Part shown: piece by piece, positions 9,103 to 18,576 of the stretch
How positions within the stretch are numbered: the stretch's first letter is position 1
Layout of the letters: each line of letters opens with the position of its first letter
Source: a virus
Lineage: Duplodnaviria > Caudoviricetes
IMG/VR virus record: IMGVR_UViG_3300033741_000064
Location: 1-56,042 of that record
Length of the DNA stretch: 56,042 nucleotides
Direction: 5' to 3' (one strand)
Made by a program: the position numbers and the translations under genes
Notes under the pieces: model-generated
Database searches by the model: none
Told to the model about the DNA's origin: nothing
The model's input: the letters and a program-made list of their open reading frames with translations, nothing else

Positions 9103-9288
9103 TTACTTGGTGAGCACTTCGACGAAGCGTTCGACGAAGCCGAGACGCTCAGCCTTATCGACCAACTTCTCCATCCGGATCATCGCCCGGTCTGTGAGAA
9201 GGCCGAGCTGGTTGTTCGAGTAGATCCGTTCTGCGCTCTGGTAATCGCTAACCATCTGCTCGAACTGAGTTTCCGCTGTCTTCGTCAT
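9103..9288 (-). CDS. Hypothetical early protein
   Basis: First gene after promoter 9324-9376. Confidence 0.7.
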   Translation of the reverse strand: MTKTAETQFEQMVSDYQSAERIYSNNQLGLLTDRAMIRMEKLVDKAERLGFVERFVEVLTK

Positions 9289-9323
9289 CTCGCCGTTCCT
9301 AACTTGTTGGAGTGTTTGTTGCT

Positions 9324-9376
9324 ATATACCCATAGTAATACGGCTTGCTCCGGGCCACAAGATATAGGGCTATATT
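9324..9376 (-). promoter_or_regulatory. Early promoter with operator and upstream palindrome
   Basis: TTGTGG-N17-TACTAT; ATATAGGGCTATAT just upstream of -35. Confidence 0.8.
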
Positions 9377-9388
9377 TCTTGCAGGAAT

Positions 9389-9589
9389 TTACCGGGGATT
9401 CTCCGAGTCGATCTGATCCCAAAGCTCTTCGCGCCAATCGTGACCGCCCGGAGCCGTATCAGAATCAGCGCCGCGAGGGTGCCCATGCTTCAGCTCATAC
9501 TCGCCGGCATCCAACTCTTCGTCGCCTGGCTCTTCATCTCCCGAGCCGGGAGCGGCGCCCTCTCGAGCGCCGCCAGTCAACTCAGTCAT
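9389..9589 (-). CDS. Hypothetical acidic protein
   Basis: 66-aa ORF overlapping the upstream stop. Confidence 0.55.
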   Translation of the reverse strand: MTELTGGAREGAAPGSGDEEPGDEELDAGEYELKHGHPRGADSDTAPGGHDWREELWDQIDSENPR

Positions 9590-10061
9590 CGCTATCCAAC
9601 GGCTCGAACGAAAGCATGTCGGCCGTGGTGCTCTTGGAGATGTGAGCTACAAACATGCAACCGGCCATTTTCACTTGCTGGCCCTCGGTCACGATGTGGA
9701 TGATCTTGCTGGGCATCGGAGTAGCCGAGATCATCGTGCCGAGCCCGAAAGCCGACGCATACGGGCCACGCTCGAGCGGCCGGCCCCAATCCTTTCGTCC
9801 CCATGAAGTCGGCCCCCAACCGGAGATCCCGAACTCCTTGACGATCTCAGTGCCGCGAATCGTGCAGTCGTGAACTCCGAGCCAGATCTTCGAGAAACTC
9901 TCGAACGCAAACGTTTTCGAGTCGTCGCCCTCTTCGGCTCCGTCTGGGAGATCAAGGGTGCTGTAGTCGTTGACCACGATCTTCGCCCACTTGTCGAGGT
10001 CGAGCATCTCGCCCTCAAGATCAAGATGTACGTTGCCGTTTGGCGCTACCGAATGCTTCAT
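9582..10061 (-). CDS. Hypothetical early protein
   Basis: Likely start MKHSVAP after GGGAACGG leader; the track's longer ORF runs through a promoter and terminator. Confidence 0.7.
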   Translation of the reverse strand: MKHSVAPNGNVHLDLEGEMLDLDKWAKIVVNDYSTLDLPDGAEEGDDSKTFAFESFSKIWLGVHDCTIRGTEIVKEFGISGWGPTSWGRKDWGRPLERGPYASAFGLGTMISATPMPSKIIHIVTEGQQVKMAGCMFVAHISKSTTADMLSFEPLDSDD

Positions 10062-10101
10062 GTGTCCGTTCCCTTCCGCCTCATCCGGTGTAGTTGAGGT
10101 C

Positions 10102-10138
10102 GTAATACCAAGGTAATACACCGGGAGCGCTTGCGCAA
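10102..10138 (-). promoter_or_regulatory. Early promoter with operator
   Basis: TTGCGC-N17-TACCTT; GTAATACCAAGGTAATAC at 10102-10119. Confidence 0.75.
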
Positions 10139-10179
10139 GATGTGGCGCTAGATTAGCTGCCTGTAATTCTTGCCAGAAA

Positions 10180-10220
10180 CGAAGACTGCCCGCCTCCGGA
10201 ACGGTGGAGACGGGCAGGGT
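10180..10220 (-). terminator. Terminator after lysis cassette
   Basis: CTGCCCGCCTCC/GGAGACGGGCAG hairpin then TCTTCGTTTCT on the minus strand. Confidence 0.7.
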
Positions 10221-10233
10221 TCTATCGTAGCAG

Positions 10234-10632
10234 TTAGCCGGTCGATCCAGCGCCAGCTTCTCGCTTCGCCACGACACGAGCTTCAAGAGCGGGGATCGTC
10301 ACGACATTTGTGATCGCATCACCCAAACCAGTCGGCTTCAGGATCAACGCATAGAGCGTCTGGCTGACACCAACGACCGCAAGGATCTGAGCGCCGGCAG
10401 CAGCGATGCCGCCCTCGAATCCTCCAGTCACGAAGACAGCGAGCACTCCGAGCACTACCGAAACTCCCGTCGCCACCATGAGCCGTGTCTGGCTGGTGAA
10501 CGCCGGCTGATTGAGCAGCGCCGTGAGTAGTGGAGAGATCAGACCCGCGATGCCTGTGCCGATCGCGACAGCAGAGATCGTCTGCTCGTCAGCCGCCGCC
10601 ACCGCAGCGATGACTTCATTGATAATCATCAT
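10234..10632 (-). CDS. Holin
   Basis: Three hydrophobic segments; last gene of the lysis cassette. Confidence 0.75.
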   Translation of the reverse strand: MMIINEVIAAVAAADEQTISAVAIGTGIAGLISPLLTALLNQPAFTSQTRLMVATGVSVVLGVLAVFVTGGFEGGIAAAGAQILAVVGVSQTLYALILKPTGLGDAITNVVTIPALEARVVAKREAGAGSTG

Positions 10633-11036
10633 TTGTTGCCTTCCGTCGTGAGAGCCGCCCACGTCGCCGCGTCAGCAGCACCAGTACGAGCGATCCCGAG
10701 ATTCCCCTGATGCTGGATCAGAGCTTGCTTCATTGTGAGAGAGAACTGACCGTCCACCTTCAGACGAAAGCCCTTCGCTCGCAAGGCATTCTGCAGCCGC
10801 TCCACATCGGAACCGCTATCACCTTGCTCGAGGTACACGAACTCGCTGGTATCAGACTCACTAACAACAGCCGGAGCCTTCACCTGTGCCCCGGAGACAG
10901 CCTTAGCCGTCGTCTGGGTGTTAGGGGATGACTCGACGCCTTCAGAGGCGACTACAGGCCGTTCAGCGGGAACGACTTTAGTTGCGGCATCCGCTTTCGC
11001 TGCCGCACTCTTACGCTTCGACTTTCCAAACGCCAT
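10629..11036 (-). CDS. Peptidoglycan-binding domain protein
   Basis: LEQGDSGSDVERLQNAL...VDGQF...Q..LGIARTGAADAATWAAL. Confidence 0.85.
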   Translation of the reverse strand: MAFGKSKRKSAAAKADAATKVVPAERPVVASEGVESSPNTQTTAKAVSGAQVKAPAVVSESDTSEFVYLEQGDSGSDVERLQNALRAKGFRLKVDGQFSLTMKQALIQHQGNLGIARTGAADAATWAALTTEGNK

Positions 11037-11062
11037 GACTTGCTCCTTCTTCGGGCGAGATT

Positions 11063-11533
11063 CTACTCTCGCTTCCGGCTTTTCCGCTCACTAACCCACG
11101 ACGGGGGGAGCGTCTGGTTCAACTCTAGGATGTCGAAATCGTCATCGTGCGGCCACGGCATAGGATCCGGGCCTGGCCACCGAACAGACAACGATTCGAG
11201 GTAACGACGCACGGCACCTTGGAAGATCTCACGACTACGCCGGTCTTCTTCCATCTCAGCCTCAAGTCGCGTGTGCCTAAAGTCCAAGTCATTGTGTCGG
11301 AGGATCACTAGCTCGAGAAAGTCAGTCAAGCTCCCCTGCCAGCCAGCTAGAGGGGGCAACGAAGTCTCCGGCCGACCTGTCGATAACTGAACTGTTTTCT
11401 CTGGTTTACGAGCTTGAACAATGACGCCAATCAAAACTGTTATGGCTACTAAAACGGTGCCCACTGCACCAATCGCTGTCTGAATAATCTGGGTGTCCGT
11501 TTCGGCCGTGGCAGTGATGATCTCATCGAACAT
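11063..11533 (-). CDS. Single-TM lysis-cassette membrane protein
   Basis: N-terminal TM plus short coiled coil. Confidence 0.7.
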   Translation of the reverse strand: MFDEIITATAETDTQIIQTAIGAVGTVLVAITVLIGVIVQARKPEKTVQLSTGRPETSLPPLAGWQGSLTDFLELVILRHNDLDFRHTRLEAEMEEDRRSREIFQGAVRRYLESLSVRWPGPDPMPWPHDDDFDILELNQTLPPSWVSERKSRKRE

Positions 11534-12026
11534 GCGGCACCATCCGTAGTCCTCGGTTTTTTCGTATCAGGGTAACTAGGTCAAACATTCGCCAACCGGG
11601 AAGGAGAAGGAACGCCGGGAATCCAGCAGCCATAGCCCACCCGTTCAGATTGCCGGCCGAGATCGCGAGTCCTGCTGCGCTCAGCGGAAAACTAGCCACA
11701 CCGACGACGAGCAAAGCCGTAGCAAGCAGCTCAAACCAATGCAGCCGGAATATGAGCCCTACCAGCGCCAGCATCGATATGACTGCCAACATCGGCGTCC
11801 AGAAGTGTGCGTATCGAAGTCCGGCCTCGAACGCGAAATTGTAGTCAGTGGAGATCGTGCCCAACGTGCCCACGAACAGAAACCAAGCGTACGTCGCCGG
11901 CAGAACAATTCTGAAGATACCCCGATAGCGTGGCGGCGAATCGTTCTCCATAAACGACGCATCCCAGACGGTACGCTGCAGCAGTCGACACCAAGCAGTC
12001 GACTCAACTTCTGTACGTGAACGCAC
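11523..12026 (-). CDS. Multi-TM membrane protein (holin-like)
   Basis: About 4 hydrophobic segments; directly downstream of endolysin. Confidence 0.7.
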   Translation of the reverse strand: MRSRTEVESTAWCRLLQRTVWDASFMENDSPPRYRGIFRIVLPATYAWFLFVGTLGTISTDYNFAFEAGLRYAHFWTPMLAVISMLALVGLIFRLHWFELLATALLVVGVASFPLSAAGLAISAGNLNGWAMAAGFPAFLLLPGWRMFDLVTLIRKNRGLRMVPHVR

Positions 12027-12054
12027 ACTCTCTCCCGTCTATCGAGACTAACCA

Positions 12055-12103
12055 AGTCTCACCGGCTCGACGTGCCAGCACCCAATCTGACACGCCGAGG
12101 CCA
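12055..12103 (-). promoter_or_regulatory. Late-type promoter
   Basis: TGGCCTCGGCGTGTC-N28-GAGACT. Confidence 0.55.
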
Positions 12104-12112
12104 TGCTGTGAG

Positions 12113-13861
12113 CTAGTTGAACGTCTGATAGATCGCGGTGCCGATCGAGATCAATGCCGCCGCGATAGCGCCCCACAGAACCTTCATGCTTGCAGCACTG
12201 GGCATTCCCGTTGGATCTGTCGGCTGTTCCGGCTGTTCCGGTTCGACCGGGAAGGGCTGACCTGTCTCCGGATTCAACGACCCGTCGAAGAACCCTTCCG
12301 CAATCGCACGCACACGAGCCACATCAACGCTCGAGCACGAAGTCTGGAACTTCGCGCCGGTGGAGACGTTGATCTGATTCTTGTGAAGCTCGATCGACTG
12401 AGCACGCAGACGAGGATTGAGCAGCTCAACGAGGTACGTCAAGTAACCCAACGTCGAGTAGACGAGATCCGTGAGCAGCGGGTCATTCTCAGTCGACCAT
12501 GATCGCATCGAAGCCGAGCCCGTCGTGTACGCCACCAGATTCAACGGCTGCACTTCAGTCACCCGACCAGCCGATACGACGAAGTGAACCGAGTAGTCGG
12601 CCTTGCCCGTCAGCGTGTTCACTACACCATCATGCGAGTAGCCGGCATCCGGAGATCCCCACCAGTGCGCAACCTGCTTCACCGGGAAGTAATCGTCAGC
12701 CTGGCCCTTGCTGGCATAGTAAGCACGCGCCTCAGCATTGATCGCCGCACGGTTATCGCGCGTGTTCCGCTTGATCCCGAACTGAATCCACGCCGGGAAG
12801 TCCGCCGCCTTCGGCTGTATCAGATTCGGGTCGCGAGCTGGAGGGAGCGGTGTCGGCTCCACTACTGGGGGCACTACCACCTTGTTCAGATCCGTGAGAT
12901 CGTGCGTGCCAATATCGGTGAAACTACCCGACCAGAAATAGGCGCCCGAGAAAGCACCACGGAACCAGACATCGTTACCGGAGATCTTCTCGCCAGTAAT
13001 CCAGCCGTCGAACGTGCCGAAGTCCTTACCTTCGACAGAGCCGATAACTGCCGTCGCCGTGCTCGCACCCACGCGACCGTTCGCGGGGATGTCCGCCGCG
13101 ACACGACGCTGGTTGCCGTCCAGCTCAGATATTGGAGTCCCGCCCGACGATGCAGGAATCGACGCTCCGGTCAGACTCTTCAAGTCGTGCGTGCCAGTGT
13201 CAGTGAAGCTGCCCGACCAGAAGTACGCACCCGAGAACGCGCCCCGGAACCATACCTTGTTTCCGCCGATGGACTCGCCGTACTTCCAACCATCGAACGT
13301 GCCGTAGTCGAGCCCAGCAACCGACGCGATCACTGCCGTCGACGTACTCGCACCCACACGGCCATTAGCCGGGATGTTCTCAGCCACACGCCGCTGATTG
13401 CCGGCAAGCTTCAGCACCGGCCAGTCAGTGATTCCCGACTTCGGCTTGTTCCTGCCATTCGCACGAGACGCACCAAGGAACGGCCACGGCTGCGTATCAG
13501 CATGACGAATGACAACATGATTGCCGAGGCTCTTCACGGTGTCGCCAGACTTCGCGGTAGCCGCAACCAACACCCGGCCCGATGCCGACCGGCCAACACA
13601 AGTCGCCACGTCACCGTCAGTACCCACGTCCCAGAACAGCTCATCGCCAGCTCTGATCGCCGGATCATTGACGCTCTTCGTGAACATCGTTGACGCTCGA
13701 GCTGCCGTGATTGCCTTGCCGTACGTCACAATGTTTTCGTCGCCCTGATACGCCCACTGGAAATACCAGCTCATGCGCTGGCACTGGAGGTAGAGGGACT
13801 CGCCGGGGTGAATCTGATTCCACAGCTTCAGCGCCTTCTCGGTTAGCTCTAAGCCGTTCAT
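12113..13861 (-). CDS. Modular endolysin: CHAP-like N-domain, two SH3-like repeats, amidase_2, C-terminal TM
   Basis: YLQCQR; duplicated NQRRVA..GTFDGW..WFRGAFSGAYFWSGSFTD; HWWG..SVHFVV..END..H..TSC; VLWGAIAAALISIGTAIY. Confidence 0.88.
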   Translation of the reverse strand: MNGLELTEKALKLWNQIHPGESLYLQCQRMSWYFQWAYQGDENIVTYGKAITAARASTMFTKSVNDPAIRAGDELFWDVGTDGDVATCVGRSASGRVLVAATAKSGDTVKSLGNHVVIRHADTQPWPFLGASRANGRNKPKSGITDWPVLKLAGNQRRVAENIPANGRVGASTSTAVIASVAGLDYGTFDGWKYGESIGGNKVWFRGAFSGAYFWSGSFTDTGTHDLKSLTGASIPASSGGTPISELDGNQRRVAADIPANGRVGASTATAVIGSVEGKDFGTFDGWITGEKISGNDVWFRGAFSGAYFWSGSFTDIGTHDLTDLNKVVVPPVVEPTPLPPARDPNLIQPKAADFPAWIQFGIKRNTRDNRAAINAEARAYYASKGQADDYFPVKQVAHWWGSPDAGYSHDGVVNTLTGKADYSVHFVVSAGRVTEVQPLNLVAYTTGSASMRSWSTENDPLLTDLVYSTLGYLTYLVELLNPRLRAQSIELHKNQINVSTGAKFQTSCSSVDVARVRAIAEGFFDGSLNPETGQPFPVEPEQPEQPTDPTGMPSAASMKVLWGAIAAALISIGTAIYQTFN

Positions 13862-13926
13862 TTGCCGCCGCCATTGCCACCGGGCGTCGAACCGTAGTCT
13901 GGGATGTCCTCGTCTGGATTGCTCAT
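13858..13926 (-). CDS. 22-aa leader peptide overlapping the endolysin start
   Basis: MSNPDEDIPDYGSTPGGNGGGK; TAAGAT-N6-ATG; ATGA overlap. Confidence 0.55.
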   Translation of the reverse strand: MSNPDEDIPDYGSTPGGNGGGK

Positions 13927-13966
13927 GGAGGTATCTTACGACTCAAGCCTGATTTTCGAGGAATAG

Positions 13967-14272
13967 CTACACTGCTGGTTCCCATACTGCCTGAACTGCC
14001 GCCGCGAGTTGCGCATCCGTAACCGCGCCGGGGTCGAGTCCCGGCAAGGGTGGAAGTGCCGCAACCGCATTCTGGTACTGCCCCGCCGCGTAAGCGTGAA
14101 CGGTCGTGAGTGTCGTCGATGCGCTGATCTCCGTCGATACCAGCCGCCCAACGTTCGCCGCGACGAAACCATCCGGGTTCGGAATCTGCGCCTGTTCTGC
14201 CACCGCGATGAGTCGCGCGGTTAGCGCCTTGTCGTCGCGTGCCGCGATGTGTTGTGCCGTTGTGTCTACCAT
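13967..14272 (-). CDS. Small tail-associated protein
   Basis: Follows the tail-collar gene. Confidence 0.65.
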   Translation of the reverse strand: MVDTTAQHIAARDDKALTARLIAVAEQAQIPNPDGFVAANVGRLVSTEISASTTLTTVHAYAAGQYQNAVAALPPLPGLDPGAVTDAQLAAAVQAVWEPAV

Positions 14273-14282
14273 TTTTTTCCCC

Positions 14283-14951
14283 CTAGATTTTTATGATGCT
14301 GTTCAGCGCGATGTACGGCTGAAGCGTAGAACCGTTTTCTGTGTTCCCGTCGAGTTTCGTCTTGTACGGCATCGACATATCTCCACTGGTCGTTCCACCA
14401 GACGCGGCAAAGCGCACCGTGCCTGTGAACGATTCCGCTACGCGGTCAAAGATAATGTCCGATCCCGTCATGCCGAGTCGCGCACGAGCCGTGCTGCCAC
14501 TCAAGCCGTGCGCGTGCGTCTTGGCTCCACCTTTTTCTCCAAGCACGTCGAACTCGGTTTGAGTAACATCGCGACCGACAGACACTCGACCACGTTTATC
14601 TGGGAGGTTGAAGTGTGTGGAATCGTTCGCCCCATAGACGGTGCCCAACGTGGCGAACAGTCCCGCGTACTCGGAGCGGAGCAACGATCGCCCATCACAG
14701 AGCAACCAACCGGAAGGTTCGGCGGCTCCCGCAAAGTCCATCATTGAGCCCGATGGAATCAACGACTCTCCGCTGTGAACTCCATGAACGATGAGACGGT
14801 TGTTCGATAGCTCCACACGGACTCGATCATTTACCGCCAACGTCAACGGGTCAACCAGCGAATCAGGCGTCACCGGCACAGCAGAAGTATCTCCATCGAG
14901 TCGCACCCGCAACGGGCTCACACCTGTAACTGTGCCCCAATTGAAACTCAT
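14283..14951 (-). CDS. Minor tail protein with tail collar domain
   Basis: PSGSMMDFAG..PSGWLLCDG..Y..LF..LGT.YG...FNLPD.RGR..VG; LQPYIALNSIIK. Confidence 0.9.
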   Translation of the reverse strand: MSFNWGTVTGVSPLRVRLDGDTSAVPVTPDSLVDPLTLAVNDRVRVELSNNRLIVHGVHSGESLIPSGSMMDFAGAAEPSGWLLCDGRSLLRSEYAGLFATLGTVYGANDSTHFNLPDKRGRVSVGRDVTQTEFDVLGEKGGAKTHAHGLSGSTARARLGMTGSDIIFDRVAESFTGTVRFAASGGTTSGDMSMPYKTKLDGNTENGSTLQPYIALNSIIKI

Positions 14952-16138
14952 CAGAGATCCACCAATTCCGTCAGCTTCAACTTCATCATCCCTCTAGAGT
15001 ACGCACCGAGATCGACGTTCGTAATGGAGTGCTTCTCGTTGATGTCTGCCGGCACGTTCTGGAACTGCACGATGTCACCCGCACGGACAGGGATCGGCAA
15101 ACAATTGACCTCCACCGTCGACTGAGGCGACGACGCCGCGATCAACGACCGCTGAGCCTTCTCTTCCAGAAACGCAATCACTTCAGCATCCGTTCCGGCC
15201 GGCGTCTCTACGCCGTCCAATGTGCGCGTGATCCACCGATTACCGCGAGCCTGGTACGAGAACGGGGAGTCGGGATCTTCGTTCGTGTACTCGCCCTGCA
15301 GCGGTTCATCGTCACCCGTCGACACTTGCACCGCCACGACCTTATTCGGCACGCCATAGAGATCCTGATCTCGCGCCCAATCCTTGTCGTAGATCGACTT
15401 CTCACCATCGACCAGCTCACGCTTAACATTGAGCAGTTCATACGTCAGCGACCGAAGCGCTGGCACCACATAGGGCGAAACCACGAAACTGCCGGTGCCG
15501 TCAACGCGGAGCGAGTTGTAATTTAGCGCACCTAGAAGATCATTTACGATCGTGAGCTTGCTCGTGCCAGTCGGCCAGACCATCGGGGAAGAGAGCGTGC
15601 TCGTCACTCCCGCATCTACCACGATAGTCTCGCCGGCCGAAGCGATCACTGTGGCAACAGCCGACAGGATGCTAACCGACGTGTCGACCGAGTACGTCTG
15701 CCCCACAGCATCCTGATCAAGCACCGTCGACTTGTCCAACAGCTCAAGCTTCAACAGCCGGCCAGTATCAGACCACTCTTCAGGAGCAGCACTGATCAGA
15801 TACATTCCCCAATGGATATCAGGGAGCCCTTCAATGACCTGTACCGGGCGCAAACGCATCGACGATAGGGGAAGATCCCTGATCCGTAGAAACCCCGGTG
15901 TGGCAGCATCTAGATCCAGTACCTTCAGGTTTCCGCGACCTTTCACCGACGCATAGAGCAGCTCTGCGATCGAAGCTGAACCGTCGACGACTCCATCGAG
16001 ATAGCCGATGAGGGAATCAACGCTGGCTACGTGCTCGAAGACTTCCCACCGCCAACTGGTCGTTCGGTTCCCGTAGAGGATCTCGTCTGTGGTTAGTTCC
16101 TTGATCTGGATAACGCCGGCAGGAACGAGAACGCTCAT
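14951..16138 (-). CDS. Minor tail protein (hub/Tal-like)
   Basis: Position; LLDKSTVLDQD..KLTIVNDLL..VPNKVV motifs. Confidence 0.8.
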   Translation of the reverse strand: MSVLVPAGVIQIKELTTDEILYGNRTTSWRWEVFEHVASVDSLIGYLDGVVDGSASIAELLYASVKGRGNLKVLDLDAATPGFLRIRDLPLSSMRLRPVQVIEGLPDIHWGMYLISAAPEEWSDTGRLLKLELLDKSTVLDQDAVGQTYSVDTSVSILSAVATVIASAGETIVVDAGVTSTLSSPMVWPTGTSKLTIVNDLLGALNYNSLRVDGTGSFVVSPYVVPALRSLTYELLNVKRELVDGEKSIYDKDWARDQDLYGVPNKVVAVQVSTGDDEPLQGEYTNEDPDSPFSYQARGNRWITRTLDGVETPAGTDAEVIAFLEEKAQRSLIAASSPQSTVEVNCLPIPVRAGDIVQFQNVPADINEKHSITNVDLGAYSRGMMKLKLTELVDL

Positions 16139-18381
16139 CGGCTTGTCTCTCGCACGACGAAGCTGAAGGAGCTCCGCTTACCGTGTGGGCTGTCAATCGA
16201 ACCCGATACATGCCCGAATATCCGGCGACCTGTGGGATCCCGATAGCACACGATGTCGGCCCCGAGTAGGAACTCTTCAACTTCATCCGGATCCGAGCCG
16301 TACTCGTCGCGGCCGGGATGCAAGTCAGCCGAACCAGAAACTTCCAGATTGCCCGACTCCCCGAACAAAGCAATCGGCCGCGACCGACCGGACGCCTGAA
16401 ACAGAGATACCGAACGCGAGGGAGATGAAGCAACCTTCAGCACGGCACGGAAATTCACGATGTCAGAGAAACCCGAACCCGAGGACAAGAACGCCCATGC
16501 GTCTTCTGCAGTGACCATCTCCACCGTCGTAGTCGCCGTCGCCCCATCAGCGGAAATCGTCTTCACCTTGTACGTGTTCGTGCCGTTGATCGTCGGCGTC
16601 ATATCAAGGATCGTCAACGAAGCCGACTTCGGGTACTCCAGCAGAACCGTCTCAGCCTTGCCCTTGATCGTGCGCGTGATCGTGACCAGTGTTGCCGCAA
16701 CTTCTCCAGCGCCGGGGTCTGCGATCGTGAGATCGAGCTGACCGATACCGGAGCCTGGCAGGTACGTCGCCGTCACTGCAGCCGCAGCCGGGAGCGTGTA
16801 GACGACACTGAAGCCCGAAACAACTTCATCCGACACAAGACCATTCGAGTCACGCACCGTCACCTTGGCCGTGTACGACGAACCGTTAGCTACGGCCGTG
16901 TCCATCACCGTCGCGGCGCGAGTAGTGGAGACGAGAGTTTCCAGCAGCGCCGAAGCACCGTCGTAAAGCTTGATCGTCGCACTAACGAACGTGGCAGCTT
17001 CCGCCTGAGAGAAACCAAGATTGACCGTCAGTTCAGCCTTCGCGTACGTGCTCAGATCAGCCGGCCCAGTGATCGTAACCACCGGGCGAGTCTTGAACGT
17101 AACCGTCGCCTGATCCGACCACGGCGATGCGCCAGTACCGTCAGAGCCGCCCGTCGTCGCTTGGCCCCACGTCCGAACACGAACCGTCAGAGCCACATCC
17201 GCGGCATACGTCGACGCCACGAACGTCTTAGTCGAGGCGCTTGAAACAAGCTTCCCTGTCGACGACCATGCCGCGCCGCCGTTCGTGGAGTAACCAAACT
17301 CGTACGCTGTCTGCGCTGTCGTGTCGACCGGGTTATGCACCCACGTAGGGCTGAAGTCTTTAGCCTTGTCCACGAACGCCGCCAACGTGGGGATCGTCGG
17401 CTTATTCGGTGCAACCAGCAGTTGAACCGTGTTCGACGTCACCTTCGCAGAGGTCAAAACTCCCGCATCTAGGTTCTTGGCGAACACTCGGTAAACGTGC
17501 GTGCTCCCCGGATCCGGCGCCACATGCTTGTACGTCGACGTTCCAGAAACGATCGTCGCTAGCTCAGTTCCATCCCACGTCGTAACTTCGCCAGTGACCG
17601 TACCGTGCTCAACAACATGCTGGTGCTCCGTGAAGTTCACATTTGGAGTGAACACGAGGTTGATGTCCAGCGACGCATCTTTCGTCGCTGACAGGTCAGT
17701 AGGTGCCGTCGGAGTGGTGTAAACAGCGGCGGATGAGGATGACCAACTCGAAGTCCCCGCGCTGTTCGTTTCCCGCACCTGAAAGATGCGCTTAGAGTTC
17801 GGGCTGGCGGCTGTTACCACTGTGGTCGTAGCTGAGATAGGAGATAGTTCTATCCAGCTACCACCGTTGATCTGCTTACGAATTTGGCTCGTGTTCGGTG
17901 CGTCGTTCGTGACAGCAGGACGCGACCAGCTAACCGACACGTTCGTATCATCCACATAGCTACCAGCCACACTCGTTGGAGTATCTGGGATGTCGTAGAT
18001 GCGCGTCAGACCAAGCGACCACGATCCATTAGCGGAACCAAAGTTGCCACCCGCCGAGTCATTCGCTGCATAGTCACCTGAAGCGGTCTTAGTACCGTTC
18101 GAGGCGTGAACAACCCAGTCCGAGCCTGAACCGATCTGCTTGGAACTATAGTTCTCGAAGTTATAAGGTGCCCAGCCATTAGCACTGAAGGAAACGTCGC
18201 CCGACATCGAACCAGTGTTGCCTGAGTTGTATGTCAGGTAACCCGAGCCGGAGGTCTTCTCTACCCAGATCCAACCCGCTACGGTGTGTCTGTTTCCGGC
18301 AACATCGACAGCACCCTCGGTCACTCTTGCATGACTCCGGTACTGGGAGTTTCCAGAGAACGTCGTATAGAAATCGGCCAT
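16135..18381 (-). CDS. Minor tail protein with FN3/Ig-like repeats and Dit-like C-terminus
   Basis: S/T-rich beta repeats, FQVRETNSAGTSSWS; C-terminal YRDPTGRRIFG. Confidence 0.8.
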   Translation of the reverse strand: MADFYTTFSGNSQYRSHARVTEGAVDVAGNRHTVAGWIWVEKTSGSGYLTYNSGNTGSMSGDVSFSANGWAPYNFENYSSKQIGSGSDWVVHASNGTKTASGDYAANDSAGGNFGSANGSWSLGLTRIYDIPDTPTSVAGSYVDDTNVSVSWSRPAVTNDAPNTSQIRKQINGGSWIELSPISATTTVVTAASPNSKRIFQVRETNSAGTSSWSSSSAAVYTTPTAPTDLSATKDASLDINLVFTPNVNFTEHQHVVEHGTVTGEVTTWDGTELATIVSGTSTYKHVAPDPGSTHVYRVFAKNLDAGVLTSAKVTSNTVQLLVAPNKPTIPTLAAFVDKAKDFSPTWVHNPVDTTAQTAYEFGYSTNGGAAWSSTGKLVSSASTKTFVASTYAADVALTVRVRTWGQATTGGSDGTGASPWSDQATVTFKTRPVVTITGPADLSTYAKAELTVNLGFSQAEAATFVSATIKLYDGASALLETLVSTTRAATVMDTAVANGSSYTAKVTVRDSNGLVSDEVVSGFSVVYTLPAAAAVTATYLPGSGIGQLDLTIADPGAGEVAATLVTITRTIKGKAETVLLEYPKSASLTILDMTPTINGTNTYKVKTISADGATATTTVEMVTAEDAWAFLSSGSGFSDIVNFRAVLKVASSPSRSVSLFQASGRSRPIALFGESGNLEVSGSADLHPGRDEYGSDPDEVEEFLLGADIVCYRDPTGRRIFGHVSGSIDSPHGKRSSFSFVVRETSR

Positions 18382-18384
18382 GAG

Positions 18385-18546
18385 CTATTCCTCGATTACA
18401 TCAAACGTGGCCTCGAACTCTTCATCCGAGTAGATGCCGATCTGGAGATCTGGGCCGGGATCGAAGTCAACGATCACACGACCGAGAAAGCCTGAGCGCA
18501 CGAAACCGAATACTCGCCCGTCGCCTTTGTTCTTTGCCGTAGCCAT
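18385..18546 (-). CDS. Small protein, 53 aa (not in ORF track)
   Basis: MATAKNKGDGRVFGF...FDVIEE after strong AGAAGGAG. Confidence 0.6.
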   Translation of the reverse strand: MATAKNKGDGRVFGFVRSGFLGRVIVDFDPGPDLQIGIYSDEEFEATFDVIEE

Positions 18547-18576
18547 TTCAAACTCCTTCTCTAAGTTCCATCAGAA

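Noticed and set aside
10062-10286. N-terminal extension of ORF 9582..10286
   Set aside because: It spans a terminator and an early promoter; the start at 10061 has the leader motif
12890-13400. ~220-bp imperfect direct repeat as a DGR template/variable pair or CRISPR
   Set aside because: It encodes the two in-frame cell-wall-binding repeats of the endolysin; no reverse transcriptase or cas gene is seen
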